A stretch of DNA of 64,000 bases, from positions 2,232,001 through 2,296,000 of the forward strand of contig AP026164.1 of the NCBI GenBank assembly GCA_030295235.1, read 5' to 3'. Below are positions 1 to 12,270 of this stretch, piece after piece (the first letter of the stretch is position 1; each line of letters opens with the position of its first letter). The notes below the pieces were generated by a model. The model did not search any database, was not told the DNA's origin, and saw only the letters and a program-made list of their open reading frames with translations. This DNA comes from Fistulifera solaris (lineage: Eukaryota). A program made the position numbers and the translations under genes.

Positions 1-1761
1 CAAAGAAGCCATCGACGCGCAGCAACACCAACAGGAGCTTCCTCAATCCAACTCAGTGGTCACTTCATGTAGTGAATCGTCACTATCTCCAGGACATAAG
101 CAACGTCATGCCTTTAAGCTTCCGCCACCTCTACCGTCGCCCAATCATTTCAAAGCTCCCGCTCCGCCGGAACATCAACCAGCGCCGAAAGTGCCTCTAT
201 GTCACGATACAAAGGAGATGGAAGAACTTCGTCGTCACTGTCAAACATTAGAGCATCAATTGAAACAGACGGAAAGTCAAGTACAATCGCTGCGGAAACA
301 AATCAAAGAATCGTCCACGTCAAATCACGATGAGGCACTTTACATTCAATTTCAAGAAAAAGAAGCACGTTTATTGGAAGCAGCCGCAGAGGAACATCAA
401 CAACAGCTGAACCTATTACGTGGCGAGCTGGAAGGGAAACTAGGTGCTATTCAGCGACAGTTGAAAGGTGAGCAAGTGGAACATCAGGAAGAAAAGCAAA
501 AGCTCTATCGACAATTGGAGGATGCTCTTAGACGCGCCGAGACAGTAGAACGAGAATCGAAGCGCACGCAAGCTCGGCAAGAGATTGAATTGAGCAACAA
601 AGCCCGGGCCTTGGAGCATTCTTTGCGCATATCCGAAGATAAGTTGGCCCGATCCATGGCACTGTTGGACGAGAGAGAGGAAGAAATGGCTGCGCTCAAG
701 AAGAATCTCAAAACGTTACAATCGACAATGACAGAGCACAGAGAAGGCGCGGAAGAAGTGGAGGAAGAGATGGATGAATTACATGCAGAAAATGAATCAC
801 TACGACAGCACGTTGAGGTGTTAGAAGCGCAGTGTACTCAATTAAAAATGAAGGTGGAAGAGCTGCAGGCAGACACAGAAAAGTTGACTGCATTGAAGGT
901 AAGAATCCTTTTAGGCTACTTTGTTACCCATATTTCTCCACTCATCGCTAGTTTTTCTTCGAACAGCTCGAACTCCGAATGTTGCGAGAAGATAGAGACC
1001 GTGATCTTGCTAAGATACAGTCGGTTGCAGAGACAACATCTGCAACATCAGCCCAACTAGAATCGGAGAGAGCTGCTTTGATAGCTGAGGTTCATGATTT
1101 AAAGCGACAACTAACAGCCGCACGTGCAGACATTGATCTGGCGAGAGCAGATACGGAACGTGTCATAACAGCGAATGCGAATCTACAACATGCGTTGGAA
1201 GCCTTTCAGAGTGAAAGAGATGCTGAGCTCGCTCTATTAGAAGACCAGCGGCGAGATATGGAAGAGGCCATGGTGGCGGCACATGCAGCTGCACTTGAAG
1301 CGACTCACGAGGCTCACGAAGCAGACATTCGTCGAATAAGACTCGAAGCCAACGAAGAGGTTGCCAAAGTGAGAATGGAAGTAACGAAGTTGGAAGAAAA
1401 GAACGATTTATTGAGAGCTGACAACGTGCAGATGCGACGATCGTTAGATGAAGCTATACAGCGCTTGCAGTCTACTCAAGAGGATATAATCGACAGAGCA
1501 ATCATGAAAAACATTCTTCTAGACTGGTTATCGAAGCCAGCAGCTAAAGAGCGTCGTCAGGTGCTAGAAGTCATGGCAAATCTTCTTCACTTTACGACAG
1601 AAGAGAAGGAGAAAGTCCACCTGGTCGACGAGGGAGCTTTCGGCAAAATAGTACACTCTGTTGCTCAATTGCCGCCACCCAAAGCAGATGTGGAGCACTT
1701 AAAGGGAGAAAACGTTAGAGAGAAATGGGTCAACTTTCTTCTTTCTGAGATTGAAGATTAA
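1..1761 (+). CDS. Coiled-coil golgin with C-terminal GRIP-like domain (5' end outside window; intron 899-966)
   Basis: Long E/K/Q/L heptad coiled coil. A GTAAG...AACAG intron at 899-966 joins ORFs 56..1060 and 979..1761 in frame. The C-terminal IDRAIMKNILLDWL...QVLEVMANLLHFTTEEKEKV...KWVNFLLSE resembles GRIP/GRAB golgin ends. Confidence 0.7.
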
Positions 1762-1775
1762 GGTATCTTAGACGA

Positions 1776-4394
1776 TTACACACCCATCATTCCGATTTTC
1801 TTCATACTCTCGTCGACTCTCTTTTGAGTCATCTCAGCAGTAAACTTTTTGTAGTCATTGAAGTCACCACGGAATCTTGTGGCTTTGCCTTCGTGCACAA
1901 CCCAAAGCTCAGAGCACGTTTTCGAAACAAAATACTGATCGTGGCTGACTACTAGTACCCCTCCTTTAAAATCTTGAACCGCTTCGACCAGTGCGTCGAC
2001 TGCTCCCATATCAAGATGATTTGATCCTTCATCTATCACTAACACATGTGGTTTCTTGTACGCCAACGCTGCGAACGCCACCCGACTTTTTTGCCCTCCA
2101 CTTAACAGCATCATCGGTTTGAGTGCATCGTTTCCTTGTATTTGGAACTTGCCCAAGAAACTACGCATTTCTTGGTCTTCGGCATCAAACATATCCATTA
2201 GATTCTCAACTGCGGACAACTTGAGATTGAAATTATCAGAGCTGTGTTGAGTGAAATGACCAATTCGTAAACTTGGATTGATAGAAACAGAACCTTTGAC
2301 AGGCTTTAACTTGCCCATAATGAGGTTAAGCAAAGTAGTCTTTCCCTGACCGTTCGCACCCAAAATGACGATCCGAGAATCGGCAGCGACACCGAAATTC
2401 ACTTGCTGCAGTAAAAACTCGTTTTCTGGTTTTTTCCTTCCATCATTTCTTACAGGATTGTAGTCGAAAGAAACATCGTTGATTGCGATCCACGGAGGAC
2501 TGATGGGCACAGCATTGGGAATGGAGAATCGCCAGACCTGATCGGTTTCGACTAGTTCAGGAGCTTCCGCGTCCATCTTCTCCACCGCTTTGATTCGACT
2601 TTTGTACCATGGTGGCTCGTTTCGCGTTAGCTCGAAACTTATCAATAAACTCCATCATGTGCTCTCGTTTTGACTGGTACGCTTGGTACGCTCGCATTTT
2701 GTTGCGTGTATTCTCATCTCTCTGTTTGACATAATCATCGAAGCCGCCACGATAGTAGGTCAATTTCTTGTGCTTTAGCTCCATAATATCAGTGCACACC
2801 GAATTCAAGAATCCACGATCTGAAAGCGTCGGAGAAAGCAATTGCGTTTAGCAAATCAAAACACTTCTTTTTCTGTTCTAAGAATGACGAGAAGACGTAC
2901 CGTGGGATACGACAATGAGAGTATGTTTGTAATCCACCAAGTAACTTTCCAACCACAACACTGCTTCCAAATCAAGGTGGTCTGTGGCAAGTAGAAGAAA
3001 GAGTTGAGGATGAACTTATTGGATAGGCCCGTGACCACAATAATCATGATAAGTATACTCACTAGTAGGTTCATCGAGCATCAAGAGATCAGGAGCGATA
3101 AAGAGGGCTGCCGCCAATGCCACCCGCATTTTCCAGCCGCCCGACAATGAAGAAATGGGAGCCGTCTGCATCTGATGTGTGAATTGCAAACCAGATAAAA
3201 TCATCGAGGCTCTTGCCTCTGCCGAATCCGAACTCAGCACTTGCAGCCTAGCATAAATTTGATCCAACTTTTTAAATCTCCGGAAAGTTCTTTCATCTCA
3301 ATACTCTGCTCTGTGAGCTTCTTTCTACGATCTTGCAGTGACAGGCCTCCCTCGTCACCAGCCTGTTCCAGTTTAGCCAGTAATTCTTTCTCTTGCTGCA
3401 TTAGTTCATTTCGTTCAATATCGCTGTCCAACACGGCACGAATCACCGTCAAATCGGTCGCCAGATGCGATGGAACTTCCTGTCGTACATGCAATACACG
3501 TAAATGCTTGGGAAAGCCTTCCACACCGTCTTCACGCGCAATCGCTCTCAATAATGTGGACTTTACGAAGCAAAAGCAACAATCATAGGTGTAAGGGATT
3601 TTACAAATTACAGCACGATAACTGCTCGCCAGCAAGTAGCGACAGACCAACATACCTTCCCCGCGCCATTTTCCCCAATCAAACCGTAACGGCGTTGGTA
3701 AGAGAATTTGAGTTCACCCGCTTCCAAAAGAACGGTTCCATTGTCGAGAGATATCGTAACATTCCGAACTTGCACATCTCGTGCCTTGTCCGTTGCCGCA
3801 TTTCCCGACACTTTGCGGTAATTCATACGCACCAATCCACCGGATGCTCCATCCACATCTTCATCTTGGTTGCTCGACAAAAGTTTTTCGAGCCTGTTCG
3901 GCTTCCGCCTTGCGCACTTTACGCTTGTCTTTGGCCGAAGCCTTGTCTTTATGCGCATCAATGAGATCATTCGCCATGGCTTTCACACCGCCTTCGGTTC
4001 CCCACAAGAACCGATTCGCGTCATTCTCGTATTCAGTAGCGTTCGTCAAATCGGAGGACATCGAGACAATACCCTGTTTTAATTTTTGTGCTACCGGTTT
4101 CGCCGAGGCCTCGGACACGTTGGACAAGTGTTTCGAAAGTAGATCCGTTACCAGCGACTGTGCTTTGCTTTGCAGATGTTCTGGACATTGCACGGATTCG
4201 AGAAATGGATTCAGTACTTCTTCAAGTACTTCGTCTCGTACCACATCGAGATCTTTTCCTTCATCTTCAGCGACTTTGCTCGAGAGCATTCCGGAGATAT
4301 AGGCGACGAGATCTTCATCCAGTCCTTCCACATGTTCGTCTCCTTCCAAGAACAGCGCCGAGAAGGCTTGCGAGAGTTCCTCCTCGATGTGCAT
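1776..4394 (-). CDS. ABCF3: ABC-F family ATPase (ABCF3/GCN20-like), multi-exon, with apparent indel frameshifts
   Basis: Two ABC cassettes: [13 protein letters not shown] / [12 protein letters not shown] / LMLDEPT and [13 protein letters not shown] / [12 protein letters not shown]. Linker [13 protein letters not shown] present, no TM segments. Introns near 3570-3655, 2980-3065 and 2820-2900. Confidence 0.9.
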
Positions 4395-5811
4395 TTTATG
4401 TATGTTGCTTTCTCGTCACGCCTTTGTTTCTTCGCCAACAAAATGAATGGAATACAACTATGTCCATGTGCTTAGTGTCAAAACAGAACCGATTGCGCGG
4501 CGGACGCCTGTAAGGCGGGAAAATGTAATATGGAGTTAAGGATAATAGAAAGGTGAGTCGCGTCGCGAGTCGCGAGTCCTCGGGAGGATTTCGGTAACCT
4601 TTTTGGCAATGAGAAAGGCTGTTTACAAAAACCATTTTTATCTATTAGAACCAATCCTTTAAAAGGCTTGTAGCTAATACACATAATTGTTGTTACTTTT
4701 CACGGAGGAAGCGACCGATCTCAAGCACAAAAATCGTGACAGCCTCATGACTGAAATCCAGTCGTGGTGGCATTCCGCCTACATTTGGGCTTATAGTAAA
4801 CGTACAAGGCACAATTCAGGAAGCTCTGAGATGAATGAGACAAAAGCCATCGTTTACAAGCTCATGCATCTAGACTTTTGAGACCGCGCATTGTGCTTCT
4901 CTATTGGGAAACTGTTTTCGATCGCACTGCAGTCCGGTGGGAACCTAATTGGAGGATGCACGCGGTGACCAGATAATTGATGAGTCATTCATGGGTAATT
5001 GTCCATTGGTCTAGTCTCCAAAGATTATGCTAAATATAGAAAACTAGAACTAGCCCCCTTATAACTTTAACCTTAAAACATTAAAGAATTAAGTCATGAA
5101 AGTACTAAAGGGCATGTGTGACTTACGACTGTGATTGAACATTGAAGAACCCATTTTTTGACAGTACTTTCCAGTAGGACTATGGAGTACGGCACCTCGT
5201 AAGACCTCTTGTTGAAAACAAAAACTAATCACGGATCACTGATTAAACCTTGTATAACGCAATCTGTATCAGACATCGGAATCAGAACACGAGGTCAGGA
5301 TCTTCTGCGCATGTGTATGAATAGCTTTAAGTATCAAGAATGACGTTGTGTTTGCGTTTTTACATTCTCGTAGTGTCCGAAGCCAGTTCAACTATGTCTT
5401 CTAAGTTCTACCTTGTTGATCTCACTTATCTACAACATTCTTCATATGTTTGTTAAAGTCCTTGGTTGGGACTTATTTAAGTTTGTTCTTGGGTGCTGCT
5501 CGCTGGCTCTCGCAACTCCCAATAGTCAACAGTGGGTTAAAAATGATGACCACGACGAGCATCATTTTTGGGCACTCAAACGCTCGGGTGCTCTCTTGAT
5601 TTATCACGGGGCTTTTACTTAATTCCCAATCGGCAATTGTTCGCTTTGCTACAGAAACTATCCAAAATTACGCACCCACTGACCAATTCCGCCACAAATG
5701 AATGAGGACCAAAACAAGACATCAAATAATCGATCGGCAGATCGCCTCCCCGAGTCTACAAGCGGCAGCAACAACAAGCTCACAACTCAATCAAACAACT
5801 CAAGCAAAATA

Positions 5812-7021
5812 ATGGTCGCTTCACGCAAAGTACAAGCCACCGATGGTGCCCAATGGTTTCCGTTGACCAAGATGGAGGATGCCATTTACGGAAATCATCG
5901 TCCTGCTGGATTGGAATCTCGTTTCGAGACGACTCAGCTCAGTGCCACACTGCAATACCTGCAGCGGCGCGCCACGGAAATTGCCAAGGCCAATTCGTGG
6001 GTTCACGGAAGACTCCGTCTTCAACCCAAGGATCGAAAGCTCGCTGTGTGGGTTCCCGACACAGCAGAAGTCTTTCTCCAAGTGATTCAAGTCGATAGTT
6101 TGGACGATATTACCCGCATTGCGTCGGAAGCCAATTGCGGCACAGGGAAACAATGCTTGGAACACCAATTGCCGATTGTCAAGCTACGGGTATTCCTTTC
6201 TCACCGCGCTCCGTCTCAGTTGTTATTGACCTTGTCGGTTTGTCATCAAGTGAGTGACGCTACGGCCCTGTACGCGCTCTGGGGGATGCTGGACCCTTAT
6301 GCGACCGTGGAAGCCCTCGACATGAAGCGTCAATCGCGTGACTTTTGGTTGACCAGTGCCAGTGGATTACCCTCACAGGCCAAATTTGTGTACAGTCTCT
6401 TGTGCACCGATTCCAGTCCGCTCCGTAAAAAACGCAAAATCGATCAGCGGAAACTCACACCTCTCTTTCACACCATTCGGCGCGATTGGATTCAAGAACA
6501 AAAACTCGCCCATAAAAAAGACCAAGGACGCTCCATTTGTTTCTACGCAAGATGTATTTACCTCGTGGTATATGAGAACGTTTCAACCAGCGTGTGGATC
6601 GCTGGTGGTCAATCTTCGTCATCGCCACAATAAAGCGTTGACCAACAAACACGTGGGTAACTATCTCGACTTGTTGGTGATGAACCCGGCCGATTACGCG
6701 AGTCCGAGCCAAATTCGCAAAATTGTGGCCTCCTCGGGAGCCGCCTCGACATGGAACATGCCCGGTCCGGGATCGTTGCAGGGTACCGTCTCTTGCTGGC
6801 ATTCTTTGTATAAGGATGTGCAACTTCCACACAGTGAACGGTTGACCCATCTGCCGTTGCGCGGTGGTATGTTTTGTCTTTCGTCGGCTCCGAACAGTCG
6901 TATGGCCGTAACTCTATTCCGTACGTCTTCTACCGATGTTGCAATTATGGGATTTGCTCCGCAAATGAAAGATATTGAGATTGATAATATGGAGCCCCTA
7001 GGCCAGGAGTTGGTGAGATGA
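5812..7021 (+). CDS. CoA-dependent acyltransferase/condensation-fold-like protein (HXXXD motif); frameshift near 6520
   Basis: LSVCHQVSDAT fits HXXXD. Removing one A from the A-run near 6515 joins ORF 5698..6633 to ORF 6356..7021 (FVSTQDVFTSW...VVNLRHR...HVGNY). The start could also be 5698. Confidence 0.5.
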
Positions 7022-7140
7022 GACAAGCATGAAATTTTCTTTACTTCTCTGTCAAAACAATCATCCAGATGTAACATTAAGTTTTTCCTTTGCAGCGTAC
7101 GTAGATTGTTATTTGTCATTAGCGTTGCTTTTCAATCTTG

Positions 7141-7459
7141 TCATATGCTCTCCTCATTCTCGTGGATATTCGATCGCGACGTTTCTTCTTCCCTCGACGC
7201 TGCATCCTTCCAAAGACGTGCTATTTCGTGCACCGCTTGCGCCTGGTCGTTCAATTGCTCCATTTGAGCATTGGCTTGTGTCATTTTCTCGAGGACTTGT
7301 GTGAGTTGCACCGACAAGCTGGAAAAGAGAAAGGATGGATGGTGAAATACAAACAAAGATGAAAGGACAACTAATGACTGTTGGGGCTCACCTTTCCAAG
7401 AGAACCGCGCGTTCCTTTTCAAAAGCATCAGTTGTTGTGTCGGTGCTGTTATCCGTCAT
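7141..7459 (-). CDS. DAD1: DASH/Dam1 complex subunit Dad1-like (2 exons: 7459-7392, 7318-7141)
   Basis: A canonical GTGAG...TTTTCCAG intron at 7391-7319 gives MTDNSTDTTTDAFEKERAVLLESLSVQLTQVLEKMTQANAQMEQLNDQAQAVHEIARLWKDAA..., which matches the Dad1 pattern FE.ER..L...I......VL......N...E........V..LW. Confidence 0.65.
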
Positions 7460-7605
7460 AGTTGTAGGGATTGTAAAACACAAGTATTCATTCGTAATTA
7501 TTTATCATCATCTGTCGACGAAGGAATAAACCGAGGCGATGAACAGAAGCCAAAACGCAAGCGCTACCACGTAAAGCCGGATGTTGTGATTCGAGGAATT
7601 GACAC

Positions 7606-7720
7606 CAAGCCGACCTAAGGTCAGACTCAGTATTATGTACTATAGCTTAAAGTGTGCCGGCAGTATTGTGTACTATAGCTTAAAGTGTGTGGGCGGGCGG
7701 GGGACCCCCAGGTCGGCTTG
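7606..7720. repeat. 11-bp inverted repeat enclosing a 29-bp tandem duplication
   Basis: CAAGCCGACCT (7606-7616) pairs with AGGTCGGCTTG (7710-7720). CAGTATTRTGTACTATAGCTTAAAGTGTG occurs at 7628-7656 and 7661-7689. Confidence 0.8.
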
Positions 7721-8950
7721 AAGAAGCGATTTTGAACCCCGAAGTATGGAAATGTCAACGTTTCTCGAAGCCCATCATAACCACCAAGTCCCCATTCTCG
7801 ATCCAACGTTGCAATTTGGCGTGCTATTATAACTGCCTGATGTACTGTTCCGACGGCCTCGGCAAAAGCCATACATGCACTCGAAGGAGTCAAAGAGATG
7901 GAGAAAAAGTTTTCATGGAAAAAGTCAACTGGCTCTTTTCTTCACAATAAACACGGATGGAGAAGTGGCTTACGCACCCTGTATTTGACTGGACGTCGAC
8001 TTGTGCATACGCCCTGTGAAACGATCTGTCGAAAGACTTATGACCACGTCATGAGCCAGGGACGAGAACTAACTCGCGTAGGGAAAGGATGCCAGGGTAG
8101 TACGGTACTTGGGAGGAAGTTACAAAGAAGAGAATGTCAGAGGAAGACTATTTGAGTTTACTTCAGATGCAGTGGATATCAACAAGGCGTACATAATGGC
8201 ATCCAGGAGACACCCTGACGGAAAAGGGTTTACCAAGAGGATTGCCAGGTCGAAATGGTCCGAATTTGTCGATCCTGAATTTCATCATTCCAACATGATG
8301 CGGCTTCTCTATTGCATTGCCACTGTCATGGAAAGTCTATACGACGGCTATTGTCTACTACGTTGTGGTTTAACAGTGTTTCGTCAAGGGAAAAGAGCAC
8401 AGTGCCTATCATCAACCATTACCGAACGATTACAATCGCTGCGACGATGAGTTTCTATGTGCCGAAAAATTTACCTCGTGGTGCTCCTATGCTTACAGTT
8501 GACAAAGAGGGCACTTCACAAGGTCACGTGACTTGGAGCCGGATGATATTTCTACAGAGAACGTCGACAGAATAGCGCTCACTAGCTCAAAAAAGTATGA
8601 TAACCAGGCACAGAAGAGGATGCGGAAATGAAGAAAGGTTATAACCACTATTCAAACAATTCTCATCGATCGTCATCGGTCGCGCTCTTCGTCGTAATGT
8701 TTATCCGATACTCTTCCAACGCCCAACTTCGTCTGTTGATGTATTTATTCTCGTGCTTCGTACCTTGGATAAGCGAACGACTAATATATAAAAGCAATCT
8801 AATGCTTATTATTCTTGGTGACGATGATGTGGAATGAATGATTTACTTCGAATTTCTTCGAGAGAAGGCGACTGTTCCCTGCATTCGAGTCGGCAACAGC
8901 GATACGCATTAAATAAATTTAGCTAAGCCGTTCAGGAACATCGTATTCTA

Positions 8951-10090
8951 TCATTGCAGATTCTCCAAACGGATCACTTTATCTCGAAGCGTCTGAGGCC
9001 ACCCTAGTTGCTCTTCTAGAAAACTCTCCTTACGGAATCTCGAACAAGTCATGTCCATCGCGGCAATGCTATCATCTATGCTGTACAAGAGACCTTTTGC
9101 AGTAGCGGGATCCGTTCCTATACTCTCTTTTTGCAAGCGAGCTATCGCATCCGCCTGCATTTGATCCAATCGAAGACAAGCATCACCCAGATATTGCTCC
9201 GCTTCGACTCGATTCCCATCTTCCCACAACAGAGACGCCAGCGCCATGCGTCCTTCCCCTTCTTTGGCGATCACGCGCTGCAATAACGCGACGTCGCGGG
9301 CTTCCACACCGGTTGTTTTGGGAATGATGTCTTTGAGAACTTGTTCCGCTTTTTCGTTTTGATTCGACGCCGCCAGATCGATTCCGTAATCGATTTGCGA
9401 TATCAGAAAGTGCGGCCGGTCACCAATCTGCTCAAATGCATCCGCTGATAGAGCATGAACGGTCGCGGCTCCGGTCCAGTCTCCTTTCATTCGTAAACTG
9501 GTGCCCCATTCCCATGCAGCGTAAGGATTCTTTAAAATACCGTCTTGTACAAGTTCTGCATCAGTGGCTTCGGATCGTTCCGTGCTGAACAATTTGAGCG
9601 CTTGTTCATAGTCGGTAGCCGCCAATTCACCCTTCTTCAGACTTTTGAGAGCGCGCGCTCGTCCCAAAATGGATCGCGGCAATTCGATCGGATCCGCTTG
9701 TTCGTTTCCTTCTAATAATTGGATGGCTTGTGTATAATCCGCCACAGCTTTCTCGGCCTCCTCCCGCTGTGTATAACAATCCCCCCGCACACGATACAGA
9801 CCGGCCAACTCATCGGCCGGTTGTGCTTGCCACCGTTGAATGGCTTGGGTCAACAATTGTTCCGATAAATCTAAATTTTGGGTATTGTAAAAGGCGGCAA
9901 AGGCTTGTTTCAAGACATCAATGTCATCCGCGGATGGTGCAGTATTACTGTCAGCAAGCCATGTGAATATACCTTTTTGGAGAGGAGAGACGTTGGCAGT
10001 ATATTGTTGTGTGGAGGAAATGGTAAAGTCATGATGCTGTTGTATCGGCGGAGTCACCAATGTGGCGATCCAGTACGAGAGGAATTTCAT
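8951..10090 (-). CDS. Tetratricopeptide-repeat (TPR) protein
   Basis: TPR-like helices AGLYRVRGDCYTQREEAEKAVADYTQAIQL and SILGRARALKSLKKGELAATDYEQALKL. First ATG at 10090; true start uncertain. Confidence 0.75.
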   Translation of the reverse strand: MKFLSYWIATLVTPPIQQHHDFTISSTQQYTANVSPLQKGIFTWLADSNTAPSADDIDVLKQAFAAFYNTQNLDLSEQLLTQAIQRWQAQPADELAGLYRVRGDCYTQREEAEKAVADYTQAIQLLEGNEQADPIELPRSILGRARALKSLKKGELAATDYEQALKLFSTERSEATDAELVQDGILKNPYAAWEWGTSLRMKGDWTGAATVHALSADAFEQIGDRPHFLISQIDYGIDLAASNQNEKAEQVLKDIIPKTTGVEARDVALLQRVIAKEGEGRMALASLLWEDGNRVEAEQYLGDACLRLDQMQADAIARLQKESIGTDPATAKGLLYSIDDSIAAMDMTCSRFRKESFLEEQLGWPQTLRDKVIRLENLQ

Positions 10091-12270
10091 TTGAATTTCG
10101 AAAAGTAGAGCTGCTAAGTTGGGTAGGCGCTGGTCAAGTTGCAAGGTCTTTAGTTAAAAATCAATCAAAGTTCAATGGGGAAGAAAGGAATGTATCACCG
10201 TATCACCATGGTCGTTCGCACACGGCTCTCGCGAAAAAATAAACGAAATAAATGCGGAATGACGTATGAAAGAATGAGCTTCTTGATCCGGTACTCAAAA
10301 TGTTTACTCGTCAAACGAGTGTTGTGACGCTTTTCCAAAGTTTTCTATAAATAAACCCTGCTACGTTAAACTACATTTACAGATTGTTTTCGGCTTGCGC
10401 TCAGCGCCCATCGACCCTTTTTCACGCACAACAAATTTTGCGCACCTCTTTTTTTGGCAATCAAACAAAAAGACGATCTATTTCTTTCCAGTCGACGAAC
10501 CAACACCTGCTGATTTCGGAATGGGTGATGAAAGGATCTTTTGGTGCTTTTGGTCTTTCGCGGGAAGGAAACCCGCTCACCGATTATTCTCCTTTTATAC
10601 CTCATTGGGGCAAAGCAGTTCCTGCCGGATATAAGGTTTCAAAATAGAGTCATCCTGCCTCGTTTTCGTCAGTGACTTTGGATGTCACTAGTGCAGATCT
10701 GTCGCAAAGAGCTGAGCGCAGCATTAAGGTGGCTGTCTTTTTGGCCTATCGTCAAAGATTAGCCAACCTGGAATGCTTTTCGACTGCAGACGTTGTGGAT
10801 GGCGATTCAGCATACTACGGAAGTTCAGGACGAAGCAGCTCCTCTTGAATCGTACTTTGGTACGGGATGATTAGTGGTATCTAGTTCAGTTGGCTGGTTC
10901 CATATCCTAGATCGATCGACGCATGAACTTCTTGGAGCAATGTCATTCAAACATCGTCTGAAGCTTATCGATGCCTCGCGTCAGAAGTGTTCGGAATCGG
11001 AGCAAGATCTCGTCGGGGGATTTTTTAGCTGCGCATCATTTGTTCCCTGCTTTCGATCAGAAGATGCTTCCAGTATGGGAGGGAGCACTTTGCTCGTCGG
11101 CGAAATCGATAAACGGAAGCTGGGTTGCGAATCCAAATACTTTCAACTTCTCGGACTACTCAGATTAGGAAATTACTAACAGTTGGCGAAACCGTGGAAG
11201 CGGCCAAAATAACGGCCTTTATCCCGTTTCCTGATGTAGCGAAAAGGTTGAGCGAGGACCGCGAACAAGCCCTCGATCGCTTGCCGATTCGAACTGTCTG
11301 CTTGCTATACAAGACATGGCGGAGCCGCTCTTCTGGCGGTAGAAATCCTTACCAAACTATTAACGAACAATTCCATGTTCGACGATGTTGTCGATATTTC
11401 AGACGACCATTATGGAGAATCGTGCTAGACGTTGACTCCACTTGATTTCTGCGTACATGCTGTTTGCGATATTTCTACAAGTAGTGCGGAAGAAACGGGG
11501 TTCTGTTCATGTGTGCAGTTCGCCTAGCTCGCTATTGGGCGACTGAGTACGTGGATGATAGGATTCTTTTTTTTGGCTTTTTTTTTGTGTCGAGAAAAGC
11601 TTGATGCATCCGCTCTGGGCAATTATATTAGCGAGGAAGGCGTCGGAGATGCTGAAAATGAGTTATAAAAAACCGTGCTGTACTTATTTGTCCGGGCGGT
11701 ATTTTTCGTTGGTTTGAATGTTGATCACGCTTAAGTAGCTATGCGTGCAATTTCTGGCACTGAAACAACTCTAATTTTGCGTTCACAGTCTGAGGCGATT
11801 ACTGACTGCATCAGGCTTTCGATTGCCTTTAGAAGCGCAAAGAATCGATAGACCTCTTCGAACATTTCCAAAGTCCTTTAACGAAGACAAAGCTGGCGAT
11901 ATTTGATGCTGCCCATTTGAATCGGAGGACGCTGTGTTTGTTCTTTCCTTTTCCATCATTATGTTGAATACTGATCTTCACAGGTACGGCGCTGGAATCA
12001 AAGAAATACAACGAAAATGACCAAGATCGACTAGTTCCCACCATCCAATCATGATCGTCATGTTATGTTCGAAGTTCACAATCCAGATAGTTGTTGACAA
12101 ATCATGTGCTCCGACTACAACGAGAAGAAATCATGTGTGTTTTAGATTAAAGAGGCAGTTCGAAGGGAAGTCGAAGCGATGTCGAGAATAAAGGCAAATC
12201 GTCTCACATTCCGTTCGCAAGCATGATGATAACCATTCTGCTGCGTCTCCTTAGGCTATAATAATAATAG

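Noticed and set aside
7628..7689. Two 29-bp direct repeats as a CRISPR array
   Set aside because: Only two units, separated by 4 bp, with no spacer-sized insert, no cas genes and a eukaryotic context.
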